Source: an uncultured SAR86 cluster bacterium
Lineage (GTDB): Bacteria > Pseudomonadota > Gammaproteobacteria > Magnimaribacterales > AG-339-G14
Direction: 5' to 3'
NCBI GenBank assembly: GCA_902542145.1
Contig: CACBTL010000002.1
Coordinates: 8,170 to 72,169, forward strand
DNA: 64,000 nucleotides
The translations under genes and the position numbers were made by a program. Below are positions 20,259-28,857 of this stretch, in pieces (positions within the stretch are counted from its first letter, which is position 1; every line of letters begins with the position of its first letter). The notes under the pieces are model-generated. The model saw only the letters and a list, made by a program, of their open reading frames with translations, was not told where the DNA came from and made no database searches.

Positions 20259-20810
20259 TTAATCCCTAAACCCAATTGCTCCTTTGTTTTGATACCTTAA
20301 ATCTAAATATGAAAAGGTATCTTTTATGTTGTTAAAGTATTCGCTCTTCAGAAATGTTTTAAGGTTTTCTAATTGATTTTCTATTTTTGATTTATTCATG
20401 CGAAACCTTAAACCGGAATTATCCTCTAAGGTCATTAAATCAAACTCTTCAATTAGAATTTTATTAAGAACCAGGTTAGACCCTTTCAAAATTTGATTGA
20501 GTTCAAAAAAATACCTTAGGACAAAGTCAATATTATTTCTGTTTGCTTCAATATTGACTAATTTCAAATCTTCTTTGGTTTTAAATTTGAGGAGGCGACC
20601 AGATTGGGTCAGTATCTGGTCTTTTCCCCAAAAAACAAGCGGTTGATATTCTTTCACATACAATCTTTTCATTGGCCAAGAATTGACTTCCTTAGATGAT
20701 TCAACAAAGTTAGGATTATCTTTTGAAAATAAAGGTTTTGGATCTTCAAAAACTTCGGATAAAAGAAAGGTTGAAGAAAATATCATTACAATAAAAGTTA
20801 AGAATTTCAC
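20259..20810 (-). CDS. ftsQ: Short FtsQ-like cell division protein
   Basis: The TM segment sits right at the N-terminus, with no cytoplasmic tail. The C-terminal YLDLRYQNKGAIGF resembles the FtsQ (v)DLRY.ng.av motif. It lies immediately upstream of ftsA. At 183 aa it is shorter than typical FtsQ (about 270 aa in E. coli). Confidence 0.65.
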   Translation of the reverse strand: MKFLTFIVMIFSSTFLLSEVFEDPKPLFSKDNPNFVESSKEVNSWPMKRLYVKEYQPLVFWGKDQILTQSGRLLKFKTKEDLKLVNIEANRNNIDFVLRYFFELNQILKGSNLVLNKILIEEFDLMTLEDNSGLRFRMNKSKIENQLENLKTFLKSEYFNNIKDTFSYLDLRYQNKGAIGFRD

Positions 20811-21085
20811 TTTTCTGCTCCTTGAATCAAAACAAGGGATTCAGGCAAAATCATTCCATATTCATCAACCGTTTTTTCTTTTACTGAATTGTGAGAAGTT
20901 AGATTTAATATCTTATTCTTGAGATAAACTGATTCTTCATCTAGTTTTGACTTATAGTCGTTTAAAAGATACTTTTCTGAGACTAATTGCTTGTGACTAG
21001 CATTCTTATTCATCACTAAGTGAGAACTAAAAAAAGTAGCAATCAGAGATCCTAAAATAAATATCAATATCATTTGATTAAACAT
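20807..21085 (-). CDS. ftsL: Cell division protein FtsL
   Basis: It is 92 aa, with a single TM segment followed by a heptad-like region. The call rests on its position after rsmH. Confidence 0.65.
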   Translation of the reverse strand: MFNQMILIFILGSLIATFFSSHLVMNKNASHKQLVSEKYLLNDYKSKLDEESVYLKNKILNLTSHNSVKEKTVDEYGMILPESLVLIQGAEK

Positions 21086-21932
21086 TTTTTATCGCAATTC
21101 TCATTATTGCGCTCCTTGATCTCGGATTAGACTTAATTTCATTAATTGTTGGCTTAATAGGCTTTCCTTGCTTTTTTAGATTAAGATTTTTTGCTTCTTC
21201 TGATCTAAGAAAGTTTTTAGCTATTCTGTCTTCTATGGAATGAAAGCTTATGATGATTAATTTTCCATTTTGCTTGAGTAGGCAAGCTGCCAATTTAAAT
21301 CCATTGATCATCTCTTCAATTTCATTATTTATATGCATTCTTATTGCTCTGAATACATTAGTTGCTGGATGCCGTTTTTGTGAACTGCTATATTTCTCAA
21401 TAAATAAAGAAAGCTGTGCTGTGCTTTTAAACTTGGTCTTTTTTCTTGATTCAACAATTTTCCTGGCATAAAACCTAGATTTTCGCTCCTCGCCTAAATG
21501 AAATAAAACATCACTTATTTCCTTCTCTGTTGCAGTATTTATCCATTGCTCTGCTGTGATTTCCTCTCCTTTGTCCATTCTCATATCAAGAGGGCCGTCC
21601 TTTTGAAAGCTAAATCCTCTTTCTGGATCATCTAGTTGCATGGAAGAATTCCCTAGATCAAACAAGATACCATCTAGTTTCGTATCTAAACTTTCAATTT
21701 TTGAAAAATTTAGATTTTTAAAATGAAATCTTTTGTCTTTTATTTTTTGTGAATACGAGACAGTTTCTTTGTCTCTGTCTATTGCGATCAATCGGCCATT
21801 ATCGTTAAGGTTTTCTAAAATCTTTTTTGAATGTCCCCCTAAGCCAAAAGTACAATCTAAATAAGTGCCGGCAGGATCATGAACTAAATTTTTAATAGTT
21901 TCGTTGATCATTACTGGCTGATGAGTGAACAT
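21078..21932 (-). CDS. rsmH: 16S rRNA (cytosine1402-N4)-methyltransferase
   Basis: It has the HQPVM, DCTFGLGGHS and SFHSIEDRI motifs. Confidence 0.95.
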   Translation of the reverse strand: MFTHQPVMINETIKNLVHDPAGTYLDCTFGLGGHSKKILENLNDNGRLIAIDRDKETVSYSQKIKDKRFHFKNLNFSKIESLDTKLDGILFDLGNSSMQLDDPERGFSFQKDGPLDMRMDKGEEITAEQWINTATEKEISDVLFHLGEERKSRFYARKIVESRKKTKFKSTAQLSLFIEKYSSSQKRHPATNVFRAIRMHINNEIEEMINGFKLAACLLKQNGKLIIISFHSIEDRIAKNFLRSEEAKNLNLKKQGKPIKPTINEIKSNPRSRSAIMRIAIKNV

Positions 21933-21936
21933 GATG

Positions 21937-22416
21937 CTAAAAAGGAATCTCCTGAACGTTAGAAGGTAAGTCTATATCTAATTTTTCACCTTGAATTTGT
22001 TGACCTTTCTCTTTTGCAAGCCAATTTTTTTCGTTCCATACTTCAAATTTCTGACCCATACCGATCAAAGATACTTTTTCTTTAACTTCTAATTGAGCAT
22101 AATCTCTTAAGCTTTGAGGAATAAGTATTTGCATCCGATCATTGACTTCAAAATCAATTAAATTTGCATATCCAAGAAAATTCCACTGAATAGATCTAAT
22201 TTTTGAATCTAGGCCTGATAAGTTTTCAAAAGCTTTTGATATGGTTTTCCATAAACTGCCTGGATAAATTCTTAAGGAAGGATATTGTGGGTCCCTAGTT
22301 ATGACCAAAGAACCCTCTGAAACCTCTTTTAAAGCTTCTTTATACTTTGCTGGCATCGCAATTCGTCCTTTAGAATCCAATGCCAAACTACTGTATCCAT
22401 AAAGTCCTATAGCCAT
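21937..22416 (-). CDS. mraZ: Transcriptional regulator MraZ
   Basis: It has duplicated SpoVT/AbrB-like halves (LDSKGRIAMPAKYKEAL and MQILIPQSLRDY). ATG 22416 is preferred over the track's TTG at 22419. Confidence 0.9.
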   Translation of the reverse strand: MAIGLYGYSSLALDSKGRIAMPAKYKEALKEVSEGSLVITRDPQYPSLRIYPGSLWKTISKAFENLSGLDSKIRSIQWNFLGYANLIDFEVNDRMQILIPQSLRDYAQLEVKEKVSLIGMGQKFEVWNEKNWLAKEKGQQIQGEKLDIDLPSNVQEIPF

Positions 22417-22434
22417 CAAACAAGACCCCTTTTA

Positions 22435-22469
22435 CACACATATATACACAAATGTGCACTTCAGCACAC
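22435..22469 (-). promoter_or_regulatory. Putative MraZ operator: four direct GTGNN repeats with an exact 10-bp period
   Basis: The reverse strand reads GTGTG-ctgaa-GTGCA-cattt-GTGTA-tatat-GTGTG, with repeat starts at 22469, 22459, 22449 and 22439. It lies between the putative -10 element and the mraZ start. Confidence 0.5.
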
Positions 22470-22496
22470 TTTAGACATTTGTATAATCTCTGTCAA
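22468..22496 (-). promoter_or_regulatory. Putative sigma-70 promoter of the mraZ/dcw operon
   Basis: The -35 element is TTGACA (22496..22491). A 17-nt spacer follows, then the -10 element TAAAGT (22473..22468). The -10 overlaps the first GTG repeat. Confidence 0.45.
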
Positions 22497-22540
22497 GAGG
22501 TTTAGTCCCAAAATATAAGGGTTTTAAGGATATTTATTAT

Positions 22541-22875
22541 GTGAGCTGACCTATAAGCCGGGTTCTGTAATTGGTAATCATTCCTCTGGGATTTATGTTG
22601 CCATAAACCTCTAGCAACCTACCCTGACCTAATGCGAGAAACATTAACAGGTCTCTATTTGGTCTTGCTCCTGATGGGGTTTGCCAACTACTTTTGTTAC
22701 CAAAAGTCTGGTGCGCTCTTACCGCACCTTTTCACCCTTACCTTTTAACACAAGGCGGTTTATTTTCTGTTGCACTATCCGTTACTTCGCAGCACCCAGA
22801 CGTTATCTGGCATCATTCTCTATGGAGCCCGGACTTTCCTCTATCTATTTGACAGCGATTACCCGGTCAGCTCGA
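22541..22875 (-). ncRNA. rnpB: RNase P RNA, bacterial type A
   Basis: The reverse strand contains GAGGAAAGTCCGGGCTCCATAG, AGTGCAACAGAAA, GGTAAGGGTGAAAAGGTGCGGTAAGAGCGCACC and ACAGAACCCGGCTTATAGGTCAGCTC. P1 pairs GAGCTGACC with GGTCAGCTC. The ends are approximate, within a few nt. Confidence 0.93.
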
Positions 22876-22880
22876 AGATC

Positions 22881-22908
22881 ATTATAAGTATTTGGACTTA
22901 TTTGTCAT
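22881..22908 (-). promoter_or_regulatory. Putative rnpB promoter straddling the rsmI stop codon
   Basis: The -35 element is ATGACA (22908..22903). A 16-nt spacer follows, then the -10 element TATAAT (22886..22881). Seven nt downstream is the G that opens helix P1. Confidence 0.5.
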
Positions 22909-23734
22909 TCTTTGATTCGCTGAAAATTGAGTAAATCTCTTTTGAGGTTTTTGAAGAAATCTTTGACACAATTTTGGATGCTGCCTTGGTTCCGTTTAAT
23001 TTTTGGATCTCTTCAAAGAGGACTTTCTCATGTTCGACTAAAATAAGTTGCTTCTCTTTGGAGCCTTCAATCACGATAACCATCTCACCTTTTTTTAAAG
23101 TTTCATCTTTTATTATTAATTCATGAATTTCTTTAGCTTCATCTGTTATGACCCTCTCAAATTTTTTTGTGAGCTCTTTTGCTAATGATACTTTTCTTTT
23201 AGGGCCTAAAATTTTTACGATCATCTCCACCAATCTTTCTACCCTCTTTGGAGATTCAAATAGAATGATAGTTCTAACCTCGTATTGTAAATTTTTTAAG
23301 AACGTTTTTAGCTGACCCTTTTTTTTTGGAGCATAACCTTCAAATACAAAAGAACTTGTTGATAAACCTGAAGATATTAAAGCCGAAATAACAGCAGAAG
23401 GTCCTGGTATTGAGGTAACTTTAATTTTCTCATCAATGGCTTTAGCAACTAATTCGTATCCGGGATCAGATATTAAAGGTGTTCCTGCATCAGAGATTAT
23501 GGCCAAAGAGGCTCCTTCTTTTAATAATTTTAGGAAATAATTAATTTTTGAAACATTCGAGTGATCATGATAAGAGAGTAATTTATTTTTTATGCCTAAA
23601 TCTTTTAAAAAGATGCCCGATTTTTTTGTATCCTCGCATAGAATGACATCAACTGAGGAAAGCACATTTTGAGTCCTTAAAGAAATATCTAATTTATTTC
23701 CTATCGGTGTACTGACTAAATATAATGTAGACAA
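22898..23734 (-). CDS. rsmI: 16S rRNA (cytidine1402-2'-O)-methyltransferase
   Basis: It has the LYLVSTPIGN and SDAGTPLISDPG motifs and a TTG start. Confidence 0.9.
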   Translation of the reverse strand: MSTLYLVSTPIGNKLDISLRTQNVLSSVDVILCEDTKKSGIFLKDLGIKNKLLSYHDHSNVSKINYFLKLLKEGASLAIISDAGTPLISDPGYELVAKAIDEKIKVTSIPGPSAVISALISSGLSTSSFVFEGYAPKKKGQLKTFLKNLQYEVRTIILFESPKRVERLVEMIVKILGPKRKVSLAKELTKKFERVITDEAKEIHELIIKDETLKKGEMVIVIEGSKEKQLILVEHEKVLFEEIQKLNGTKAASKIVSKISSKTSKEIYSIFSESKNDK

Positions 23735-23737
23735 TTT

Positions 23738-24793
23738 ATGAAAGACTGTTTGAAAAAAGTTTATTTTTTAATCATCAGTGTATTCCTATTTCACTGTTCT
23801 ATGAATATGGAAGATAAAGTTTTATTAGATAAAGAGCAAATCATTGATAGTAACTTTTCGCAGTCTTTTGTTGAAAATTTCAATAAAAATAAAAACTTCT
23901 CTTCTTCATATAATATTTTTTTCTCGGAAGAGATAGATGAAAAACTCATTTCTTCTTTTATGAAAGGCATAGAGTTTGGGTTTTTTTCTAGTGAAGATTC
24001 TATGAAGTCGAAACTCTCATTTATCTCTTTTGATGAAGAAAGTGATTGCAGCATAATTAAAGCCAGGGGTTTCAATTTAATATTGGTAAATGATATCAAT
24101 TCGGAATTCTACAGAAAGTGTAAAAGAAGATTATCAAGAAATTCTCTTTTCACATCGATAAATATAGATAGTGAAAATGAGTTTATCCAGATCGATGAAA
24201 AATCTCTTCTCATTACTGGAAAGAATCGAAATTCAAAAAATAATGAAAATACCTTGTCTTTAAAGGACAGTTCGGACTACGAACAAAAAATTGCTGATTA
24301 CTTTGAAATCAATTTAAGCAATGAAAGAGTAAGGTCCCTGAGGAATGTTTTAAAAGAAAAAATTAACTTCTCTCCTCGAAAAAGAAGGGATATTGATAAA
24401 ATATTTATCGACGCCTTGCCAAATGAAACAAAAAGGATTATTCCTGCTATTCGCTATAATTTAATTTTTGATGCTGAGGTTTTAACTAACCCTAAATCAT
24501 TAGATGTTTGGAATTCAGAATTAAGCTTTAGTGAACTCAATGAAGTTCAAGGCATTGAATATCCAGTATTATTAAACAGAATAAATATCTTTGAAAAAAT
24601 CATTCCTGTATTAAATATTAACGAGAAAATTGCTTTTTCGGCTGGCTTTGATATTTTCTTCTTTGGAGCAAAAATTAAAGGCAGATCTTCTAATTTTACT
24701 GGATTACTTGGTAGATATAAAATTAAGGAGAATTTTCTTTATTCTAGCCCTTTAAAATTCATAATAGATCTTAGCGGGGTAAAGCAAGGTTAA
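23738..24793 (+). CDS. LpoA-like lipoprotein (penicillin-binding protein activator family), about half the usual length
   Basis: The signal peptide ends in a Cys (FLFHCS). The C-terminal region (PRKRRDIDKIFIDALPNETKRIIPAIRYN, AFSAGFDIFFF, FTGLLGRYKI) resembles the LpoA C-domain. Its divergent position from rsmI matches lpoA in E. coli and Pseudomonas. Confidence 0.55.
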   Translation: MKDCLKKVYFLIISVFLFHCSMNMEDKVLLDKEQIIDSNFSQSFVENFNKNKNFSSSYNIFFSEEIDEKLISSFMKGIEFGFFSSEDSMKSKLSFISFDEESDCSIIKARGFNLILVNDINSEFYRKCKRRLSRNSLFTSINIDSENEFIQIDEKSLLITGKNRNSKNNENTLSLKDSSDYEQKIADYFEINLSNERVRSLRNVLKEKINFSPRKRRDIDKIFIDALPNETKRIIPAIRYNLIFDAEVLTNPKSLDVWNSELSFSELNEVQGIEYPVLLNRINIFEKIIPVLNINEKIAFSAGFDIFFFGAKIKGRSSNFTGLLGRYKIKENFLYSSPLKFIIDLSGVKQG

Positions 24794-24794
24794 C

Positions 24795-25439
24795 TTAATC
24801 GGTAAAAAAAGATTCACTCTCGCTTAACGTTAAACTCTCTTGGATAATCTCATTTTCAATCATCCTCTCTAAGTATTCATGCATATTTTTAGTTGATTTA
24901 TTGTTGGAAATATCCACGCCTAAAAACTTCAATCTAATCAAAATAGGAATGATTGTTGCATCTAATACAGAAAATTCCTCGCTTCGGAAGTATTCAGAGC
25001 CATCAAAAAGCATCATTGAATTTGTTATATTTTTTTTGAGCTCCTTTCTTGAAGAATTCTTTTTTGCCGTTGTGGCAGATGCATTTTCCAGAATATCAAC
25101 ATGATAGGTCCACTCTTCCTCAATTCTATGAAGAATTAATCTTGTTTGAGCTCTTGCTACAGGATAAACGGGAAGCAAGGGAGGATGAGGAAATCTTTCA
25201 TCCAAGTATTCAACAATTAGTTGAGACTTATACAAGGCTAGCTCTCTGTCCATGAGTAAAGGAAGAAACCCTTTTGGATTAACTTCTAGAATTTCTTTTG
25301 GAAGATTTTCAGGATCTAAAGCTTCAAGATCGGCGGTAATACCCTTTTCTGATAGTACTATTCTTACTTTATGGCTTTGATGTCCAATTTCATTATGAAA
25401 TAAGACCATGGATGATCTTTTACCTAATAAACTAGTCAT
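24795..25439 (-). CDS. sspA: Stringent starvation protein A (GST-like)
   Basis: It aligns closely with E. coli SspA as recalled (HKVRIVLSEKG, EYLDERFPHPPLLPVYPVARA). Confidence 0.92.
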   Translation of the reverse strand: MTSLLGKRSSMVLFHNEIGHQSHKVRIVLSEKGITADLEALDPENLPKEILEVNPKGFLPLLMDRELALYKSQLIVEYLDERFPHPPLLPVYPVARAQTRLILHRIEEEWTYHVDILENASATTAKKNSSRKELKKNITNSMMLFDGSEYFRSEEFSVLDATIIPILIRLKFLGVDISNNKSTKNMHEYLERMIENEIIQESLTLSESESFFTD

Positions 25440-25448
25440 TTAATAAAA

Positions 25449-26111
25449 TTATTTTAAGTCTTTTTTAAACTCTCTATAAACTAGATAAGCAAAAGCAGTG
25501 AAGATTAAAAGAAAGAGGATAACATATATACCAAGCTGTTTTCTGGTTTCAGCTGATGGATCTGAAACATAAGTAAGAAAATTGGTTATATCAGCAATAT
25601 ATCTATCGTATTCCTCTTCTGATAATTCTGATTGGATATCTTCCAATACATGTGGCATGGAAACATTTACATAAACTTCATTATTAACTCCATAAGGTCT
25701 AGAGGAGTCCTCATAAAAAGTGTCTAAGTAAGTATAAATCCACTCGGGAGATCTCAATCTTGCTTCTAAAGTCAAATCAGGAGGTTTGGCTCCTAATAGC
25801 TCTATAGCCTTGGATTCCTTGAGGCTTATATGCATCAAGTCACCTATTTTAGAGTCATCAAAAATCAAGTTTTGCTCATAAATATCAAGAGGGATTGAGA
25901 GATCTTCAGCGACTCTTTTATAACGTGAATATTTGAGAGAGTGGCATCCATAACAATAGTTCATATATGCTGAAAGACCCCTTTGAAGTGATTCTTTATC
26001 TTTTGTATCAGGGCTGAATTCATAGCATTCAATTGAGCCACATTTGTAATCTCCTGCGGAAATAGATAGCCCTGAAAAAAAAACAAATGCCAAAAAAACT
26101 AATAGCTTCAT
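25449..26111 (-). CDS. petC: Cytochrome c1 (ubiquinol-cytochrome c reductase subunit)
   Basis: It has the signal peptide [19 protein letters not shown], the heme motif CYGCHS and a C-terminal TM anchor. The true start, ATG 26111, overlaps the petB stop as ATGA. The track ORF extends spuriously to 26258. Confidence 0.9.
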   Translation of the reverse strand: MKLLVFLAFVFFSGLSISAGDYKCGSIECYEFSPDTKDKESLQRGLSAYMNYCYGCHSLKYSRYKRVAEDLSIPLDIYEQNLIFDDSKIGDLMHISLKESKAIELLGAKPPDLTLEARLRSPEWIYTYLDTFYEDSSRPYGVNNEVYVNVSMPHVLEDIQSELSEEEYDRYIADITNFLTYVSDPSAETRKQLGIYVILFLLIFTAFAYLVYREFKKDLK

Positions 26112-27361
26112 GCTTCTGCTACTCTCTCCGGAACAGGTTTGCATTTCTCTATCCTTGTATAAATTGGCATCAATAGAAAATAAGAGAAATAACCCAACGT
26201 GAAAATTTTCGATAACAGTGCTTTTGTTTCTGTGGGCGGAACCATACCCAAGTAACAAAGAGCAAAGAAACTTACCACAAAGATTCCTAAGAAAGTCTTA
26301 CTTAATATCCCTTTATATTTGATCGATTTCACAGGGCTTCGATCAAGCCAAGGAAGAACAGCAAAGATAGCAACTGCAGCCATCATAGTAGCAAACCCAA
26401 GGAATTTTGCAGTTAGTCCGAATAAAGGGAAATCCACAGCTCTCAACATGGCATAGAACGGAGTGTAATACCATGAAGGAACAATGTGAGCTGGAGTAGA
26501 AAGGGGATTAGCTGGCTCATAATTGACATATTCGATAATGTACCCACCACCTGTTGGAAAGAAGAAGACCACAGAACAGAATATAATCAGGAATACGCCG
26601 AGTGCAAAAATATCATGACTAATGTCGTAGGGAAAAAATGGTTTTGTGTCTAATGGAACTCCGTCTTCATCAAGATGTTTTTTTACGTCTATTCCATCTG
26701 GATTATTTGAACCAATTTCATGAAGTGCAAGTATATGAAAGAAAACAATTGCAATTAGTAATATTGGAAGAAGGACTACATGAAATGCAAATAACCTTGA
26801 TAGAGTAATTCCTGATACCAAGTAATCACCCCTTATCCATGTTGCCAAATCTTCTCCTACAAGAGGTATTGAACTAAACAACGAAATAATAACTTGAGCA
26901 GCCCAAAACGACATTTGACCCCAAGGAAGAACATAGCCTGTGAAACCTTCAGCCATTAGAATGAGATAGGTAAACCAACCTCCGAGCCATATCAGCTCTC
27001 TAGGTTTTTGATAGGATCCGTACATCATTCCTCTAAACATGTGCAAATAGATAAGTGCAAAAAATGCTGAGGCTCCTGCAGCATGCATGTAACGGATAAG
27101 CCATCCATACTCTACATCTCTCATGATGTATTCAACAGAAGAAAAAGCCTCTTCTGCTGAATTTGTATAATTCATCATCAGCCAAAGACCTGTGACAATT
27201 TGCATTGCCAATACAACAATAAGAAGAAATCCAAAGAGATACCAAATATTGAGGTTAGTGGGTGCTGGATATTTAGATAAATGCCTTTCGAAAACTTCAG
27301 TTAAAGGAAATCTAAAATCTATCCAATTAAGGAAACGTTTCGTTCTAGTATCAGTTGTCAT
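26108..27361 (-). CDS. petB: Cytochrome b
   Basis: It is 417 aa and polytopic, with [15 protein letters not shown] and conserved His ligands. Confidence 0.95.
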   Translation of the reverse strand: MTTDTRTKRFLNWIDFRFPLTEVFERHLSKYPAPTNLNIWYLFGFLLIVVLAMQIVTGLWLMMNYTNSAEEAFSSVEYIMRDVEYGWLIRYMHAAGASAFFALIYLHMFRGMMYGSYQKPRELIWLGGWFTYLILMAEGFTGYVLPWGQMSFWAAQVIISLFSSIPLVGEDLATWIRGDYLVSGITLSRLFAFHVVLLPILLIAIVFFHILALHEIGSNNPDGIDVKKHLDEDGVPLDTKPFFPYDISHDIFALGVFLIIFCSVVFFFPTGGGYIIEYVNYEPANPLSTPAHIVPSWYYTPFYAMLRAVDFPLFGLTAKFLGFATMMAAVAIFAVLPWLDRSPVKSIKYKGILSKTFLGIFVVSFFALCYLGMVPPTETKALLSKIFTLGYFSYFLLMPIYTRIEKCKPVPERVAEA

Positions 27362-27954
27362 TAACTTGCTCCATCGGAACCGATTACCAACGTAGAATCG
27401 GTCTCAAAATAATGAGGTGGGACTTCAAGGTTGGTTGGGGCAGGTACATTGGCATAAACTCTTCCAGCGAGATCAAATTTTGATCCATGGCATGGACAGA
27501 AAAAACCACCCTGCCAATTAGGATCGAAATCCTGTGAGGTGGCTTCCGGATAAAACTTTGGGGCACAGCCTAAATGAGTACAAACTCCTTTTACAACTGC
27601 GATACCCTTTTTTCTAGATCTTGTTTCGTTTTGTGCGTACTCAGGTTGTTGTTGTTGATCTGAATTAGGGTCAGCTAATTTGGATTTATCTGCGGATAAG
27701 GCGTTTTGAGCTTCGCTTGAGACCTTGTATACAAATACAGGCATCCCTCTCCATTCCACAGTCATTAATTCTCCTGGGCTTAGCTTGCTTATATTAACTT
27801 TAACAGGTGCTCCAGCGGCTTCAGCTCGAGCACTAGGCTTGAATGCATTTAGAAAGGGAATAGCTGCAAAAATAACACCCACAAATCCAAGTAAGGATGT
27901 GATTGAGGTTAGTAATTGTCGTCTTATTGGGTTCGGAGGAGATTTTAGCTGCAT
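27361..27954 (-). CDS. petA: Rieske iron-sulfur subunit of the bc1 complex
   Basis: It has a twin-arginine signal (IRRQLL) and the CTHLGC and CPCHGS cluster motifs. Confidence 0.95.
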   Translation of the reverse strand: MQLKSPPNPIRRQLLTSITSLLGFVGVIFAAIPFLNAFKPSARAEAAGAPVKVNISKLSPGELMTVEWRGMPVFVYKVSSEAQNALSADKSKLADPNSDQQQQPEYAQNETRSRKKGIAVVKGVCTHLGCAPKFYPEATSQDFDPNWQGGFFCPCHGSKFDLAGRVYANVPAPTNLEVPPHYFETDSTLVIGSDGAS

Positions 27955-27959
27955 AAAGT

Positions 27960-28352
27960 CTATCTTTTGCTGAACTGAGGAGCTTTTCTAGCTTTTCTTA
28001 AACCTACCTTTTTCCTTTCTACTTTTCTTGAATCTCTCGTAAGGAAACCGGCCTCTTTAAGAACTGGCTTAAGAGATTCATCATATTTAACAAGGGCCCT
28101 AGAGAGTCCATGTCTTATAGCTCCTGCTTGGCCAAAATATCCGCCACCAGAAACATAAATTTTTAAGTCAAATTTGTCTGTCATCTCAACTAGCTCTATC
28201 GGTTGTTTGACCAATATTCTAGCTACTTCTCGACCGAAATATTCTTCTAATGGTAGATCGTTAACTAATATGGAACCCCCGCCAGAACTAAGATAAACCC
28301 TAGCTGTGGAAGTTTTTCTTCTGCCGGTTGAATAATACTGATTATCGCTCAT
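27960..28352 (-). CDS. rpsI: 30S ribosomal protein S9
   Basis: It has [14 protein letters not shown] and the C-terminal [11 protein letters not shown]. Confidence 0.97.
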   Translation of the reverse strand: MSDNQYYSTGRRKTSTARVYLSSGGGSILVNDLPLEEYFGREVARILVKQPIELVEMTDKFDLKIYVSGGGYFGQAGAIRHGLSRALVKYDESLKPVLKEAGFLTRDSRKVERKKVGLRKARKAPQFSKR

Positions 28353-28360
28353 ATTTTATT

Positions 28361-28789
28361 TTAGATCTCGAGTTTTACAGGATTTTGAGCGCTATGCGGA
28401 TGAGATTCTCCCTTATAGACTTTAAGTTTTTTTATAACTGAGTTTGATAGTTTATTTTTAGGCAACATGCCTTTAACTGCAGAGGTAATTATTCTATCTG
28501 GATATGAAGCAATTAGATCATTAAAATTTTGAGATTTTATTCCACCAGGATAACCGGTATGTCGGTAATACATTTTTTGCTCGTTTTTATTTCCAGTTAC
28601 TTTTATTTTCTCAGCATTTATCACAACTACATAGTCTCCAACATCATTATGAGGGGTATACTCAGGTTTATTTTTCCCCATTAAAATCTTTGCAATGTTA
28701 GTGCTTAAACGACCTAAAGTTTTGTCGGAAGCGTCTACTAACAACCAACCTTTATCCAGTGAATCTAATTTGTAAGATTTTGTATCCAT
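28361..28789 (-). CDS. rplM: 50S ribosomal protein L13
   Basis: It has the [14 protein letters not shown] motif and is 142 aa. Confidence 0.97.
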   Translation of the reverse strand: MDTKSYKLDSLDKGWLLVDASDKTLGRLSTNIAKILMGKNKPEYTPHNDVGDYVVVINAEKIKVTGNKNEQKMYYRHTGYPGGIKSQNFNDLIASYPDRIITSAVKGMLPKNKLSNSVIKKLKVYKGESHPHSAQNPVKLEI

Positions 28790-28857
28790 AATTAACGTAT
28801 AAGGCGCGTGAATGATACATTAGAGAGGTTATAATTTACAACTCTGAATAATAAAAA

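Noticed and set aside
22681-22887. A 68-aa + strand ORF in the apparent gap between mraZ and rsmI.
   Set aside because: The region is fully explained by RNase P RNA on the opposite strand. The ORF is an artefact of the relatively GC-rich structured RNA gene.
26112-26258. An N-terminal extension of about 49 codons on the cytochrome c1 ORF, overlapping petB. Similar extensions occur on ychF (52221..52259), gatC (39587..39667) and nusA (60907..60939).
   Set aside because: In each case a downstream ATG gives the conserved N-terminus or signal peptide. It also makes a typical ATGA or TAATG coupling with the upstream stop. The extensions are just open frame with no supporting features.
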